From an uncultured Gammaproteobacteria bacterium (GTDB lineage Bacteria; Pseudomonadota; Gammaproteobacteria; SZUA-229), in NCBI GenBank assembly GCA_942492025.1, contig CALODJ010000012.1, positions 569,272 through 633,271 of the forward strand: a stretch of DNA of 64,000 nt, read 5' to 3'. A model generated the notes under the pieces. The model was not told the origin of the DNA. It worked only from the letters and a program-made list of their open reading frames with translations, and did not search any database. The translations under genes and the position numbers were made by a program. Shown piece after piece: positions 1 to 10,913 of this stretch. Position 1 is the first letter of the stretch. Each line of letters starts with the position of its first letter.

Positions 1-1
1 C

Positions 2-976
2 CTCGAAGATCAGCTCGACCTGTCGATGGAAGACCTGATTACGGAAGAGGATGTCGTGGTGACCTTCTCACACGAAGGTTATGCCAAGTGCCAGACGCTG
101 GATGTTTACAATACCCAGCGCCGGGGTGGTCGTGGCAAGGCCGCTACGCGGATGAAAGAAGCGGACTTTATCGATAAACTGTTCATCGCCAATACCCATG
201 ATACGCTCTTGTGTTTTTCCAGTGTGGGCAAGGTCTACTGGCTCAAGGTTTACCAGATGCCGATGGCGGGTCGCGGTTCGCGCGGTAAACCGATCGTGAA
301 CCTGTTGCCGCTTCAAGCGGATGAGCGTATCAATGCCGTGTTACCGGTGCGTGAATACGATGAAAATCAATTTGTATTCATGGCGACGAGTTTGGGTACC
401 GTTAAAAAGACTGCATTGACAAATTTTTCACGCCCGCGCGTATCCGGCATCAAGGCCATCGACTTGCGTGATAATGACCATCTGGTCGATGTTGTGATCA
501 CCAATGGTTCCCGTCACATCATGCTGTTGTCCAATGCCGGCAAGGCGATCCGTTTTTCAGAAACCGATGTCAGGGAAATGGGGCGCACAGCGGCTGGCGT
601 CCGCGGCATGCGTCTTGGTAACGGCCAGCGTGTCATCAGCATGATCATGGTCGAGGATCAGGGTTCTATTCTGACGGCGACCGAATTTGGCTACGGCAAG
701 CGTACGGCCACCGCTGAATACCCGATCAGGGGGCGTGGCGGTCAGGGCGTGATTTCTATTCAGACGAATGAAAGAAACGGTGAGGTTGTCGGTGCTGTTC
801 AGGTGCGCAGCGATGATGAAATGATGCTGATCACCAACCACGGCACCCTGGTACGCATTGCCGTCGACGACATCAGCGAGATGGGTCGAAACACACAGGG
901 TGTGCGTCTGATTCGTTTGACCAACGGTGAAAAACTGGCCGAGATAGAAAAAATCGAATTAATTGATAAAGAATAA
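2..976 (+). CDS. gyrA: DNA gyrase subunit A, C-terminal beta-pinwheel part. The gene is 5'-truncated by the window edge.
   Basis: The open frame runs from the window start. The translation shows repeated GyrA C-terminal blades with KRGGRGK/GRGG motifs and an acidic tail, and serC lies downstream as in gammaproteobacteria. Confidence 0.85.
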   Translation, partial: LEDQLDLSMEDLITEEDVVVTFSHEGYAKCQTLDVYNTQRRGGRGKAATRMKEADFIDKLFIANTHDTLLCFSSVGKVYWLKVYQMPMAGRGSRGKPIVNLLPLQADERINAVLPVREYDENQFVFMATSLGTVKKTALTNFSRPRVSGIKAIDLRDNDHLVDVVITNGSRHIMLLSNAGKAIRFSETDVREMGRTAAGVRGMRLGNGQRVISMIMVEDQGSILTATEFGYGKRTATAEYPIRGRGGQGVISIQTNERNGEVVGAVQVRSDDEMMLITNHGTLVRIAVDDISEMGRNTQGVRLIRLTNGEKLAEIEKIELIDKE

Positions 977-1035
977 TAAACAATGTAATCAATTACATAT
1001 ATTATTGAATTAAAGTAAAATATTACATAAATACA

Positions 1036-2118
1036 ATGACCAGAGTATTCAATTTCAGCGCAGGCCCGGCGATGTTGCCGACCGAGGTACTGGAGCGCGC
1101 ACAGACAGAAATGCTGGACTGGAATGGTTCGGGCATGTCGGTTATGGAAATGAGCCATCGTGGCAAAGACTTTATGTCGATCGCTGAAAAAGCCGAGTCT
1201 GACCTGCGCGAGCTGATGGCGATACCCGATAACTACCGCGTGTTGTTTCTGCAGGGCGGCGCCAGCAGCCAGTTCGCGATGGTACCGATCAATCTGCTTG
1301 GCAACAGCCAGTCGGCCGACTACCTGTTGACCGGGCAGTGGTCAAAGAAGGCGATCGCTGAAGCCAAACGCTACTGCGACGTCAATGTGATCGCCGATAC
1401 CAGCAGCAGCCATTTCACGGCAGTACCTGCAAAAGAACAGCTGAACTTCAGTGCAGATGCCGCCTACGTGCACTACACCCCGAATGAGACCATTGTCGGT
1501 GTCGAGTTTCCCTATATTCCGGATACCGGTGAGGTGCCACTGGTGGCTGATATGTCTTCAACCATTTTGTCGCGTCCGATCGATGTCGCTAAATATGGTG
1601 TGATCTACGCCGGTGCTCAGAAGAACATTGGTCCTGCCGGTGTCACCGTCGTCATCGTGCGTGAGGATCTTATTGGCAATGCCATGCAGACCATGCCCGC
1701 CATGTTCGACTACAAGATACACGCCGACAGCGGCTCTATGTACAACACGCCGCCCACCTACAGCTGGTACCTGGCCGGTCTGGTATTCGACTGGCTGCTG
1801 CAACAGGGCGGGCTCGAAGGTATGGCTGAAATCAACCGAAACAAGGCAGAAAAACTGTACGCCGCGATTGATGAATCGGATTTCTATTCCAATCCCGTGG
1901 ACATTGAATGCCGCTCCTGGATGAACGTGCCGTTTATTCTCGCTGATGCAGAACTGGATGCTCAATTCCTCGAACAAGCTGCTGCGCAAAACCTGCTAAC
2001 GCTCAAGGGGCATCGCTCGGTCGGCGGCATGCGCGCGAGCATCTACAACGCCATGCCGGCAGAAGGTGTTGATGCGCTGATCGACTTCATGGCGGACTTC
2101 GAGCAACGCAACGGCTAG
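1036..2118 (+). CDS. serC: Phosphoserine aminotransferase
   Basis: 360 aa. N-terminal [11 protein letters not shown] and the PLP-lysine region are typical of SerC, and the position after gyrA is the conserved one. Confidence 0.9.
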   Translation: MTRVFNFSAGPAMLPTEVLERAQTEMLDWNGSGMSVMEMSHRGKDFMSIAEKAESDLRELMAIPDNYRVLFLQGGASSQFAMVPINLLGNSQSADYLLTGQWSKKAIAEAKRYCDVNVIADTSSSHFTAVPAKEQLNFSADAAYVHYTPNETIVGVEFPYIPDTGEVPLVADMSSTILSRPIDVAKYGVIYAGAQKNIGPAGVTVVIVREDLIGNAMQTMPAMFDYKIHADSGSMYNTPPTYSWYLAGLVFDWLLQQGGLEGMAEINRNKAEKLYAAIDESDFYSNPVDIECRSWMNVPFILADAELDAQFLEQAAAQNLLTLKGHRSVGGMRASIYNAMPAEGVDALIDFMADFEQRNG

Positions 2119-2156
2119 CCGGGCTAGCTCACCTGATCTGCAGGGAAACGTAAAAA

Positions 2157-3320
2157 ATGTACAAAATCAAAACCTTCAACAATATTTCTGACAAGGGACT
2201 GAGCCGTCTGCCGCCGAGCGATTACGACATCAATCCTGATCATGATAGGCCCGATGCGATCATACTGCGATCGCAAAAACTGCATGAGTATCCGATACCC
2301 GACAGCCTGCTTGCAGTGGGCAGGGCGGGTGCCGGTACCAATAATGTACCTGTCGTCAAAATGTCAGAGCACGGCATTCCGGTTTTCAACGCACCGGGCG
2401 CCAATGCGAATGCGGTCAAGGAACTCGTCATCGCCGGTATGCTGCTGGCCTGCCGAAATATCTGTCAGGCCTGGGACTATGCCCGCAACGTCGAAGGTAC
2501 GGCAGAACAGCAGAACAGGGCGGTCGAGGATGGCAAGAAGCGATATGTCGGTTATGAACTGCCAGGCCGGACTCTCGGGGTCGTTGGTCTTGGTGCGATT
2601 GGTGTCTATGTTGCCAACGCCGCAGTCGCGTTGGGTATGCGCGTTATCGGGTTCGATCCGACCATTACGGTCAAGAGCGCCTGGAAAATGTCGGCCGAGG
2701 TGCAGGAAATGCCCAGTATCGATGAGCTGGTGAAACAGGCAGACTTTGTCACCTTTCACGTACCGCTGCTCGATAGCACAAAAAATCTGCTGAACGTGCA
2801 ACGCATCGCGAACATGAAGGCGGGCGCGGTTGTGCTCAATTTCGCACGTGACGGTATCGTTGATGACGATGCGGTGTTGAAGGCGTTGAATGATGGCACC
2901 TTAGGTGCTTATGTCTCGGACTTTCCAGCAGAAAATCTGAAAGGCAGCAGCAAGGTGATCACGCTGCCGCATCTCGGCGCTTCGACGGTGGAGGCCGAAG
3001 AGAACTGCGCCATCATGGTGGCTGACCAGGTCAGGGATTTCCTCGAAAACGGCAATATCCACAACTCGGTGAATTTTCCTGAAATCAGACTGGCACGCAT
3101 TGGCGAGGTGCGTCTGGCGATTGCCAATCAAAACCGCCCGGACATGGTCGGGCAAATATCGCATGTTCTGGGCCAGGCCGGTGTTAACATTCAGCACATG
3201 AGAAACGAATCCAGGGGGGAGCTTGCCTATACCTTGATGGACCTGGACAAGGCCACCGATCAAAGTACGTTGTCAGCTATCAAAGCCATCGACGGTGTAC
3301 TCAGTGTGCGCCAGATCTAA
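2157..3320 (+). CDS. serA: D-3-phosphoglycerate dehydrogenase-like D-2-hydroxyacid dehydrogenase with a C-terminal ACT domain
   Basis: 387 aa. It has an NAD-binding GxGxxG (GVVGLGAIG), a catalytic-domain HxP/LPH motif and a C-terminal ACT-like segment. It is adjacent to serC. Confidence 0.65.
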   Translation: MYKIKTFNNISDKGLSRLPPSDYDINPDHDRPDAIILRSQKLHEYPIPDSLLAVGRAGAGTNNVPVVKMSEHGIPVFNAPGANANAVKELVIAGMLLACRNICQAWDYARNVEGTAEQQNRAVEDGKKRYVGYELPGRTLGVVGLGAIGVYVANAAVALGMRVIGFDPTITVKSAWKMSAEVQEMPSIDELVKQADFVTFHVPLLDSTKNLLNVQRIANMKAGAVVLNFARDGIVDDDAVLKALNDGTLGAYVSDFPAENLKGSSKVITLPHLGASTVEAEENCAIMVADQVRDFLENGNIHNSVNFPEIRLARIGEVRLAIANQNRPDMVGQISHVLGQAGVNIQHMRNESRGELAYTLMDLDKATDQSTLSAIKAIDGVLSVRQI

Positions 3321-3362
3321 CAAACCCGGGCTTACCCGTTTGAACGACCAACATCACAATGG

Positions 3363-4457
3363 TTGACCGCTATGGCCGACAAAGACCCGCTTGCTGACGT
3401 TCGAAAACGTATCGATGAAATTGATGCCGCTCTGCAGCAGCTGGTGTCTGAGCGTGCAGAATGTGCACGTACGGTGGCCGAGATCAAGCGTGAGCACGGA
3501 GACAGCGAACATTTCTACCGGCCTGAGCGTGAAGCCCAGGTCTTGCGCAAGGTCCAGCAGCGCAACCAGGGTCCTTTGACGGATGATGCTATCGCGAGCA
3601 TATTTCGTGAAATCATGGCCGTCTGCCTGGCCCTGGAGAAACCGCTGAAAGTCGCTTTTCTGGGACCGAAAGGCACCTATACGCACTCGGCTGCGATCAA
3701 GCATTTCGGCAGCCGTATCGAACCCGAACCGGTTGCGAGCATTGAAGAAGTCTTTCGGCTGGTCGAGGCTGGCGGTGCCAATTTTGGCGTCGTACCCGTG
3801 GAGAATTCCAGTGAAGGCGTGATCAACCACACGCTCGATCTGTTTATGAAGTCAGCGCTGACCATAAGCGGCGAGGTCGAACTGCGTATACGACACAACC
3901 TGATGACAAATGAAAAAGATACTGCGTCCATCGAGCGTGTTTATTCGCATCAACAGAGCCTGGCGCAATGCCGGCTTTGGCTCGACAACAACCTACCGAA
4001 CGCAGAACAAATCGCGGTGCGAAGTAATGCCGAGGCGGTGATCATGGCAATAGAACACGACCGATCGGCCGCTATCGCCGGAACCATGGCGGCCGACTTA
4101 TACAAGCTGCCGGTGATGGTCGCCGATATCGAGGATGAACCCAATAACACTACCCGTTTTGTTGTCATCGGCAAGTATAAATCACCGCCCAGTGGTACAG
4201 ACAGAACCAGTCTGCTCGTGTTTGCACACAACAAGCCCGGTTCACTCTTCAGTCTGCTGCAGCCACTGGCGAAACGGAATATCAGTATGAGCAATATCGA
4301 ATCGCGTCCATCACGACGGGGTGTCTGGGAATATGTGTTCTTCATCGACATCGACGGCCACTGTGATGATCAAAATATTGCTGAGGCTATCGCCGAAATC
4401 GAGCAGGCATCGGCCATGGTCACGGTATTGGGCTCGTATCCGCGGGCAGTGCTCTGA
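3363..4457 (+). CDS. pheA: Bifunctional chorismate mutase / prephenate dehydratase (P-protein)
   Basis: 364 aa. It has an N-terminal chorismate mutase helix (RIDEIDAALQQLVSERA), a prephenate dehydratase domain (VAFLGPKGTYTH...ENS) and a C-terminal ACT domain. Confidence 0.9.
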   Translation: MTAMADKDPLADVRKRIDEIDAALQQLVSERAECARTVAEIKREHGDSEHFYRPEREAQVLRKVQQRNQGPLTDDAIASIFREIMAVCLALEKPLKVAFLGPKGTYTHSAAIKHFGSRIEPEPVASIEEVFRLVEAGGANFGVVPVENSSEGVINHTLDLFMKSALTISGEVELRIRHNLMTNEKDTASIERVYSHQQSLAQCRLWLDNNLPNAEQIAVRSNAEAVIMAIEHDRSAAIAGTMAADLYKLPVMVADIEDEPNNTTRFVVIGKYKSPPSGTDRTSLLVFAHNKPGSLFSLLQPLAKRNISMSNIESRPSRRGVWEYVFFIDIDGHCDDQNIAEAIAEIEQASAMVTVLGSYPRAVL

Positions 4458-4463
4458 TCAACC

Positions 4464-5585
4464 ATGTCAAAAACATTCCAGCAACTTGCCGCACCCGGTG
4501 TGCAAAAGCTACAGCCGTATCTTCCTGGCAAACCGGTCGAGGAACTTGAACGCGAGCTCGGCATCACCCACTCCATCAAGCTGGCATCGAATGAGAATCC
4601 CCTGGGTGCGAGCAGCCGTGCACTGGAAGCGATCGAGCAGTGTTATAAAAGCGTGCATTTCTATCCCGACGGCAGCGCATTCAAGCTGAGTGAACGTCTC
4701 GCCGAACAGTACGGTGTTGACCCCGCCTGCCTGACATTCGGCAATGGCTCCAACGATGTCCTTGAACTGATCGCCCGGGCATTCCTGACACCGGAACATT
4801 CAGCGGTATATTCACAATACGCCTTTGCCGTTTATCCCATTGTCGTCCAGGCTGTCGGTGCCAGGGCCAGGGTCGCAGCTGCCTTGAGTGAGACGGATGC
4901 AACCATGCCACTGGGGCATGATCCTGAGGCATTGATCGACAGTGTCGATGAAACCACCCGTGTTCTATTCATCGCCAATCCGAACAATCCTACCGGTACC
5001 TGGATGGATGCGGACACGATCAAAGGCATGCTCGACAGAATTCCTGCAAACGTCATCGTGGTACTGGATCTGGCCTATCTCGAGTACCTCGCTGATGAGC
5101 TCAAGCCGGATATCAAAAGCTTGCTGGCGACGTACCACAATCTGGTTATCACCTGCACTTTCTCCAAGGTGTACGCCCTGGCCGGTTTGCGTATCGGCTA
5201 CGGTCTGTCCCACCCGGACGTTGCCGATGTGTTGAACCGCGTCAGACAGCCGTTCAATACCAATCTGATTGCTCAGGCGGCAGCATTGGCTGCACTCGAC
5301 GACGAGGCACATGTACAGACCAGCGTCAGTCTGAATACTACTGGCAAGATCTACCTTCAGGCTGAGCTCTCACGGCTAGGATTGTCCTATCTGCCGACAA
5401 TGGGGAATTTTGTCACGGTCAATTTCGATCGGGATGCGATGCCCGTGTATCAGGCCCTGTTGCATCAAGGTGTGATTGTGCGTCCACTGGTGAATTATCA
5501 GATGCCGAACTATCTGCGTATCACCATCGGTACTGGCGAACAGAATGCGAGGCTGATCGCGGCCTTATCAGAGGTGCTGGCATGA
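4464..5585 (+). CDS. hisC: Histidinol-phosphate aminotransferase family protein. It is probably the HisC2-type aromatic aminotransferase of this aromatic amino acid cluster.
   Basis: 373 aa class-II aminotransferase with the KLASNENPLG motif and a PLP lysine (TFSKVYALAGLR). It sits between pheA and tyrA. Confidence 0.8.
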   Translation: MSKTFQQLAAPGVQKLQPYLPGKPVEELERELGITHSIKLASNENPLGASSRALEAIEQCYKSVHFYPDGSAFKLSERLAEQYGVDPACLTFGNGSNDVLELIARAFLTPEHSAVYSQYAFAVYPIVVQAVGARARVAAALSETDATMPLGHDPEALIDSVDETTRVLFIANPNNPTGTWMDADTIKGMLDRIPANVIVVLDLAYLEYLADELKPDIKSLLATYHNLVITCTFSKVYALAGLRIGYGLSHPDVADVLNRVRQPFNTNLIAQAAALAALDDEAHVQTSVSLNTTGKIYLQAELSRLGLSYLPTMGNFVTVNFDRDAMPVYQALLHQGVIVRPLVNYQMPNYLRITIGTGEQNARLIAALSEVLA

Positions 5586-6451
5586 GTGAACATGAAGTCG
5601 ATACGGTCTGCATCATCGGTACCGGCCTGATCGGTGGCTCGCTGGCACTGGCTATCAGGCAGGCGGGGTTTTGCAAACAGATCATCGGCGCCGGTCGCAC
5701 CGAAGAGACCCTGATCAAAGCCGTCGAGCTCGGTGTGATTGACCACTACGATACCCGTATTGCCAATGCCGTCAAGGACGCCGATATTGTCGTCGTTTCT
5801 GTACCGCTGGGATCGATGCACGCGGTTTTTGAACAGATCGATGCCGGTAAAAACGAGCATACCATCATCACGGATGCCGGCAGTGCCAAGCAAAGCGTGA
5901 TTCGTGATGCAGAATCCGTGTTCAGCACCGGTTTGCAGAATTTTGTCGCCGGCCATCCGATCGCCGGTACCGAACAGAGCGGGGTCGGCGCGGCCTTTGC
6001 CGAATTATTTCAGCAACGGCGGGTGATACTGACGCCGACCGAATATACCAGCGCTGATGCGCTCGATCGCGTCCGTGCCATGTGGCAGTCTGCCGGGGCC
6101 GAAGTCGAAACGATGACCGCGGAACATCATGACTTAATACTTGCGGGAACCAGCCATCTGCCGCATCTGCTGGCATTTGGCCTGGTGGACTGTCTGAACA
6201 ATCTGGAAGATATCGACGAGATTTTTCGCTTTGCCGCGGGCGGTTTCCGCGACTTCACGCGGATTGCTTCGAGTGACCCGGTAATGTGGCGGGATATCTG
6301 TCTGAGCAATCGTGAAGACGTGATGGCGATGATGAAACGTTATCGCGATGAAATGGCAAAGGTGTACCGCGCCCTGGAAAACAACGACGGTGAAAAACTC
6401 AGGGAAGTGTTCGAACGCGCCAAACGCGTGCGTGATGCGTTTTGTGGATAG
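5582..6451 (+). CDS. tyrA: Prephenate/arogenate dehydrogenase. It is a separate gene here, not fused to aroA.
   Basis: 289 aa with a Rossmann GxGxxG (IIGTGLIGGSLA) and a TyrA C-terminal domain. Its 4-bp overlap with the hisC stop indicates translational coupling. Confidence 0.85.
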   Translation: MSEHEVDTVCIIGTGLIGGSLALAIRQAGFCKQIIGAGRTEETLIKAVELGVIDHYDTRIANAVKDADIVVVSVPLGSMHAVFEQIDAGKNEHTIITDAGSAKQSVIRDAESVFSTGLQNFVAGHPIAGTEQSGVGAAFAELFQQRRVILTPTEYTSADALDRVRAMWQSAGAEVETMTAEHHDLILAGTSHLPHLLAFGLVDCLNNLEDIDEIFRFAAGGFRDFTRIASSDPVMWRDICLSNREDVMAMMKRYRDEMAKVYRALENNDGEKLREVFERAKRVRDAFCG

Positions 6452-6456
6452 TCGTA

Positions 6457-6683
6457 TTCACCACAGAGACACAGAGGCCACAGAGTGTTTGTTAATGTAA
6501 AACAATTTTTCGGTTATTCTGCAAGTGTCCGGCGTGAAACCAAACAGCGGTTGCGAGAAAGGGGTCTCAACAAGTGGTCAGCATAGAAGAAATCGTCACG
6601 CACTCGATGCTATCAGCGAGGGTTTTCTGCAATCAGTCTCCAAGACCAAGAAATCTCTGCGTCCTCTGTGTCTCTGTGGTAAG
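6457..6683. repeat. IR2-type inverted-repeat element, 227 bp, in the tyrA-aroA intergenic region
   Basis: Left arm TTCACCACAGAGACACAGAGGCCACAGAG at 6457-6485. Right arm CTCTGCGTCCTCTGTGTCTCTGTGGTAAG at 6655-6683. Both arms are tandem CACAGAG/CTCTGYG heptamers. Confidence 0.8.
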
Positions 6684-6691
6684 TATGTATC

Positions 6692-7993
6692 ATGAAATTT
6701 ATCGTTAACAATGGTGGCAAGCTGTCCGGCGATATTCGAGTGCCGGGAGACAAGTCGATTTCGCATCGTTCGATCATGTTCGGTTCCATCGCCGAGGGTA
6801 CCAGCACGATCAGCGGTTTTCTCGAAGGTGAAGACAGCCTCAACACCTTGCGTGCCTTTCGGGCCATGGGTGTGCACATCGAAGGGCCCGACAACGGGCG
6901 CGTGATCATCCATGGCGTGGGTATGCATGGACTCAACAAACCGGAACAGGCGCTCGACCTAGGTAACTCGGGCACATCGATGCGTCTGCTCGCGGGTCTG
7001 CTCTCCGGGCAGACCTTTGACGTCGAACTCACCGGTGATGCTTCGCTGTCGAAACGGCCGATGGAACGCGTCACCCAACCCCTGCAGATGATGGGTGCAA
7101 AGGTTGTTACTGCAGAAGGCGGGCGCCCGCCACTGAAAATTTCAGGCGGTGGTGGTATTCGTGCCATTGATTACGCCTTGCCGATGGCGAGTGCGCAAGT
7201 CAAATCCTGCGTGCTGCTGGCCGGACTGTACGCTATTGGCAGAACCTGTGTAACCGAACCGGCACCGACCCGAGATCACACCGAGCGTATGCTGGATGCG
7301 TTTGGCTGCCCGGTAGAACAGTCTGGCGACACGGCCTGCATCGAGGGTCCGGCGACCCTGTCTGCCTGTGATATCGATGTGCCGGCTGACATTTCATCTG
7401 CAGCATTTTTTATGGTCGGTGCCAGTATTGCCGAGGGTTCGGACATTGTTCTTCAACACGTTGGCATCAATCCTACGCGCACCGGTGTGATCGAGATCCT
7501 GCGTCTGATGGGAGCTGATATCGAGCTGATGAACCTGTTCGAGGCCGGAGGTGAACCGGTGGCCGATATCCGGGTGCGCAGCGCGCATCTTAAAGGTATA
7601 CAGGTGCCTGAAGAGCTGGTACCACTGGCTATCGATGAGTTTCCGGTGATCTTCGTAGCTGCTGCCTTCGCCGAAGGCAGAACCGTTGTCAGCGGTGCCG
7701 CGGAATTGCGCGTCAAGGAAAGCGATCGCATTCAGGTGATGGCGGACGGATTGCAGGCGTTGGGTGTGAATGCCCGCGCGACGGATGATGGCATCATCAT
7801 CCAGGGCGGGGAAACAACAGGTGGTACGGTGCACAGCCATGATGATCACCGCATTGCGATGGCCTTTTCAATGGCTGCGCTGCGTGCCAGTGGTCCTGTT
7901 ATCATCGAAGACTGCGAGAATGTGAACACTTCGTTCCCGAATTTTGCAGGACTGGCTGCGGCGTCCGGTCTGGCCATTCAGGCAGAAGCCTGA
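6692..7993 (+). CDS. aroA: 3-phosphoshikimate 1-carboxyvinyltransferase (EPSP synthase)
   Basis: 433 aa. LPGDKSISHR and the other conserved AroA motifs are present. Confidence 0.92.
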   Translation: MKFIVNNGGKLSGDIRVPGDKSISHRSIMFGSIAEGTSTISGFLEGEDSLNTLRAFRAMGVHIEGPDNGRVIIHGVGMHGLNKPEQALDLGNSGTSMRLLAGLLSGQTFDVELTGDASLSKRPMERVTQPLQMMGAKVVTAEGGRPPLKISGGGGIRAIDYALPMASAQVKSCVLLAGLYAIGRTCVTEPAPTRDHTERMLDAFGCPVEQSGDTACIEGPATLSACDIDVPADISSAAFFMVGASIAEGSDIVLQHVGINPTRTGVIEILRLMGADIELMNLFEAGGEPVADIRVRSAHLKGIQVPEELVPLAIDEFPVIFVAAAFAEGRTVVSGAAELRVKESDRIQVMADGLQALGVNARATDDGIIIQGGETTGGTVHSHDDHRIAMAFSMAALRASGPVIIEDCENVNTSFPNFAGLAAASGLAIQAEA

Positions 7994-7997
7994 GCCC

Positions 7998-8687
7998 ATG
8001 AACACGAGCGATCCTGTACCGGTGATAACGCTGGACGGTCCGGGCGGGGCAGGCAAGGGCACCATTTGCCTGCAGCTGGCAGACAAACTGGGCTGGCATA
8101 TCCTCGACAGTGGCTCCCTGTATCGCCTGACGGCGTTCGAAGCGCTGCAAAAAAATGTCGCTGAAGAGCCGCAACTCATTGAAATAGCAAATAATATGAA
8201 GATTGCTTACCTGTCTGCTGAAGGCGGTTTGAAAATCCTGTTGGATCAGCAGGATGTAACTGAAGCGATCAGGACCGAAGCTGTCGGTACGCGGGCCTCC
8301 GAGATAGCCGCAATACCCGGCGTTCGCGAGGCACTACTGCAGCGCCAGCGCAGTTTCGCCAGGCCGCCAGGCCTGCTTGCGGATGGCAGGGATATGGGAA
8401 CTGTGGTTTTCCCCGGGGCTCAGTTGAAAATCTTTCTCACCGCGAGTCCTGCGGAACGTGCTAAAAGACGTTATAAGCAGTTGAAAGAAAAGGGAATAGA
8501 TGCTAACCTCCCTGATCTTGTCAATGAGCTCAAGGCTCGCGACAAGAGAGATTCCGAACGTAAGGCGGCACCCCTGAAGGCTGCAGACGATGCAGTGCTG
8601 CTCGATACCACTGAAATGAGTATCGAAGAAGTGGTTGATCAGGTGATGCATATGGCGAGCGAGCGCTTCGGTTTTGTCGAGGTCTGA
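7998..8687 (+). CDS. cmk: Cytidylate kinase
   Basis: It has a P-loop ITLDGPGGAGKGT. The start was moved to the ATG 4 nt after the aroA stop; the tracked ORF runs further upstream, overlapping aroA. Confidence 0.88.
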   Translation: MNTSDPVPVITLDGPGGAGKGTICLQLADKLGWHILDSGSLYRLTAFEALQKNVAEEPQLIEIANNMKIAYLSAEGGLKILLDQQDVTEAIRTEAVGTRASEIAAIPGVREALLQRQRSFARPPGLLADGRDMGTVVFPGAQLKIFLTASPAERAKRRYKQLKEKGIDANLPDLVNELKARDKRDSERKAAPLKAADDAVLLDTTEMSIEEVVDQVMHMASERFGFVEV

Positions 8688-8772
8688 ACCGGGTTCGGAC
8701 TGTCCGTTTAACTATTAACCCTTGTGTAGCAGCAGACGCCATTGTTGCAATACATTTATCAACTATTTAATC

Positions 8773-10446
8773 ATGTCCGAAAGTTTTGCCCAGTTATTTG
8801 AAGAAAGCCTGAATCAAACAGAAATGACAGCCGGTCAGGTTGTTATTGGCACCATCACCGATATTCGCGACGGTTATGTCATCGTTTCAGCAGGGCTTAA
8901 ATCCGAAGGTGTTATCCCGGATGATCAATTTAAAAACCTCAGCGGTGATCTCGAAGTCGCCATTGGCGACGATGTGGAAGTTGTTCTGGAAGCCGTCGAA
9001 GACGGTTTTGGAGAGACCCGTCTGTCACGCGAAAAAGCCAAGCGTGCCAAGGCCTGGAAGTCGCTCGAGACGTCCTATGAAACTGAAGAAATTATCACCG
9101 GTATCATTACCGGCAAAGTAAAAGGTGGCTTCACCGTCGAGCTGGGTGATATCCGTGCGTTCCTGCCTGGCTCACTGGTCGATGTGCGTCCGGTCAGAGA
9201 CACCTCATACCTCGAAGGTAAAGAGCTTGAGTTCAAGGTCATCAAGCTTGATCAGAAGCGCAATAATGTCGTGGTTTCACGTCGCGCCGTGGTCGAATCA
9301 GAATACAGTGCCGAGCGTGAAGCCTTGCTCAACACTATCGAAGAAGGCAAGCCCATCAAAGGCGTTGTCAAGAACCTCACTGATTACGGTGCGTTCCTCG
9401 ATCTGGGCGGTGTTGACGGTCTGTTGCACATCACAGACATGGCCTGGAAACGCGTGCGTCATCCCTCCGAAGTGGTCAACGTTGGTGATGAAATCAATGT
9501 CATGGTGCTCAAGTTCGACAAGGAGCGCAACCGCGTTTCTCTTGGTCTGAAGCAGCTCGATGAGGATCCATGGAGCGAAATTGCACGACGTTATCCGGAA
9601 GGTTCCAGACTGCACGGCAAGATCAGCAACATTACCGATTACGGCTGCTTTGTTGAAATTGAAGATGGTGTTGAAGGTCTGGTGCATGTGTCTGAGATGG
9701 ACTGGACCAACAAAAACATCAATCCAGCCAGCGTGGTCGCACTGGGTGATGAGGTCGAAGTCATGATCCTTGACATCGATGAAGAGCGCCGCCGAATTTC
9801 TCTGGGTATGAAACAATGCCAGCCTAATCCCTGGGATGAGTTCTCCGCAACACATAACAAGGGTGACAAGGTGAGTGGAAAGATCAAGTCGATTACCGAC
9901 TTTGGTATTTTTGTCGGACTTGACGGTGATATCGACGGGCTTGTGCACATGTCGGATATTTCCTGGGATGTCACCGGTGAAGAAGCCATCCGTAACTTCA
10001 AGAAAGGCGATACCATCGAAGCGGTTGTGCTATCTATAGATCCCGAACGTGAACGAATTTCACTGGGTATCAAGCAGATGGAACAGGACCCGGTATCTTC
10101 TTTTATGGGCGCTAACAAGAAGGGTTCGCTGGTAAAAGGTACGGTTATCTCCGTTGATGCCAAAGCTGCGATTGTAGATTTGGGTGATGGTGTCGAGGGC
10201 ACCTTACGCGCATCAGAACTATCACGCGACCGTGTTGAAGATGCATCGACTGTATTGAAAGTGGGTGATCAGGTTGAAGCCAAACTGATTGGTATTGATC
10301 GCAAGAGCCGGGCAATAAACCTTTCAGTCAAGGCAAAAGACTTCGATGAAGAAGCCGAAGCCATGAAAGACTACGCCAGCTCACAGCAGTCTGCCTCAAC
10401 TACACTGGGTGATTTGTTGAAGGAACAAATGGATTCCAACGACTAG
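8773..10446 (+). CDS. rpsA: 30S ribosomal protein S1
   Basis: Six S1 repeats. The start was chosen at [13 protein letters not shown]. The stop TAG at 10444-10446 directly abuts an IR1 repeat terminus. Confidence 0.92.
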   Translation: MSESFAQLFEESLNQTEMTAGQVVIGTITDIRDGYVIVSAGLKSEGVIPDDQFKNLSGDLEVAIGDDVEVVLEAVEDGFGETRLSREKAKRAKAWKSLETSYETEEIITGIITGKVKGGFTVELGDIRAFLPGSLVDVRPVRDTSYLEGKELEFKVIKLDQKRNNVVVSRRAVVESEYSAEREALLNTIEEGKPIKGVVKNLTDYGAFLDLGGVDGLLHITDMAWKRVRHPSEVVNVGDEINVMVLKFDKERNRVSLGLKQLDEDPWSEIARRYPEGSRLHGKISNITDYGCFVEIEDGVEGLVHVSEMDWTNKNINPASVVALGDEVEVMILDIDEERRRISLGMKQCQPNPWDEFSATHNKGDKVSGKIKSITDFGIFVGLDGDIDGLVHMSDISWDVTGEEAIRNFKKGDTIEAVVLSIDPERERISLGIKQMEQDPVSSFMGANKKGSLVKGTVISVDAKAAIVDLGDGVEGTLRASELSRDRVEDASTVLKVGDQVEAKLIGIDRKSRAINLSVKAKDFDEEAEAMKDYASSQQSASTTLGDLLKEQMDSND

Positions 10447-10521
10447 CCCGCATTTCTCACCAGATGCGCCCTTGTACCTGAGCAGATATAGTTAATAATC
10501 AACTATTGAGGACGGTTTCAG

Positions 10522-10842
10522 ATGTCAGAAGAGACTAACGCAAGATCAATGATGAAATCTGAATTGATCGAGAAAATTGCGCGAAAGCAGAGCCATCTCG
10601 CATATAAGGATGTCGAGCTTGCAGTAAAAAGCCTACTTGAACAGATGAGTAACTCACTGTCGAACGGCGATCGTATAGAAATACGTGGTTTTGGCAGTTT
10701 CTCCTTGCACTACCGTCCACCTCGTTCAGGACGCAATCCAAAAACAGGTGACTCTGTTTCCTTGCCGGGTAAGTATGTGCCCCATTTTAAACCCGGCAAG
10801 GAGCTCAGGGAGCGCGTTAATGATTCGTTGAAGAAAGAATGA
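10522..10842 (+). CDS. ihfB: Integration host factor subunit beta
   Basis: 106 aa HU/IHF fold with the RGFGSF motif, preceded by a GAGGA RBS, in the conserved position after rpsA. Confidence 0.9.
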   Translation: MSEETNARSMMKSELIEKIARKQSHLAYKDVELAVKSLLEQMSNSLSNGDRIEIRGFGSFSLHYRPPRSGRNPKTGDSVSLPGKYVPHFKPGKELRERVNDSLKKE

Positions 10843-10913
10843 TCTTTTCTTAGTGACGATGAAGACGTAATGTGTATTGCCATATAGACTGACAGTTAAA
10901 AATTAAAACGTAT

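Noticed and set aside
1558-9948. Numerous antisense or overlapping ORFs in the six-frame track inside serC, serA, pheA, hisC, aroA and rpsA (e.g. 1558-1989, 2364-2801, 3354-3830, 4965-5312, 6613-7167, 9298-9948)
   Set aside because: They fall opposite or out of frame to strongly supported conserved genes and have no recognisable motifs. This is typical of GC-rich coding regions.
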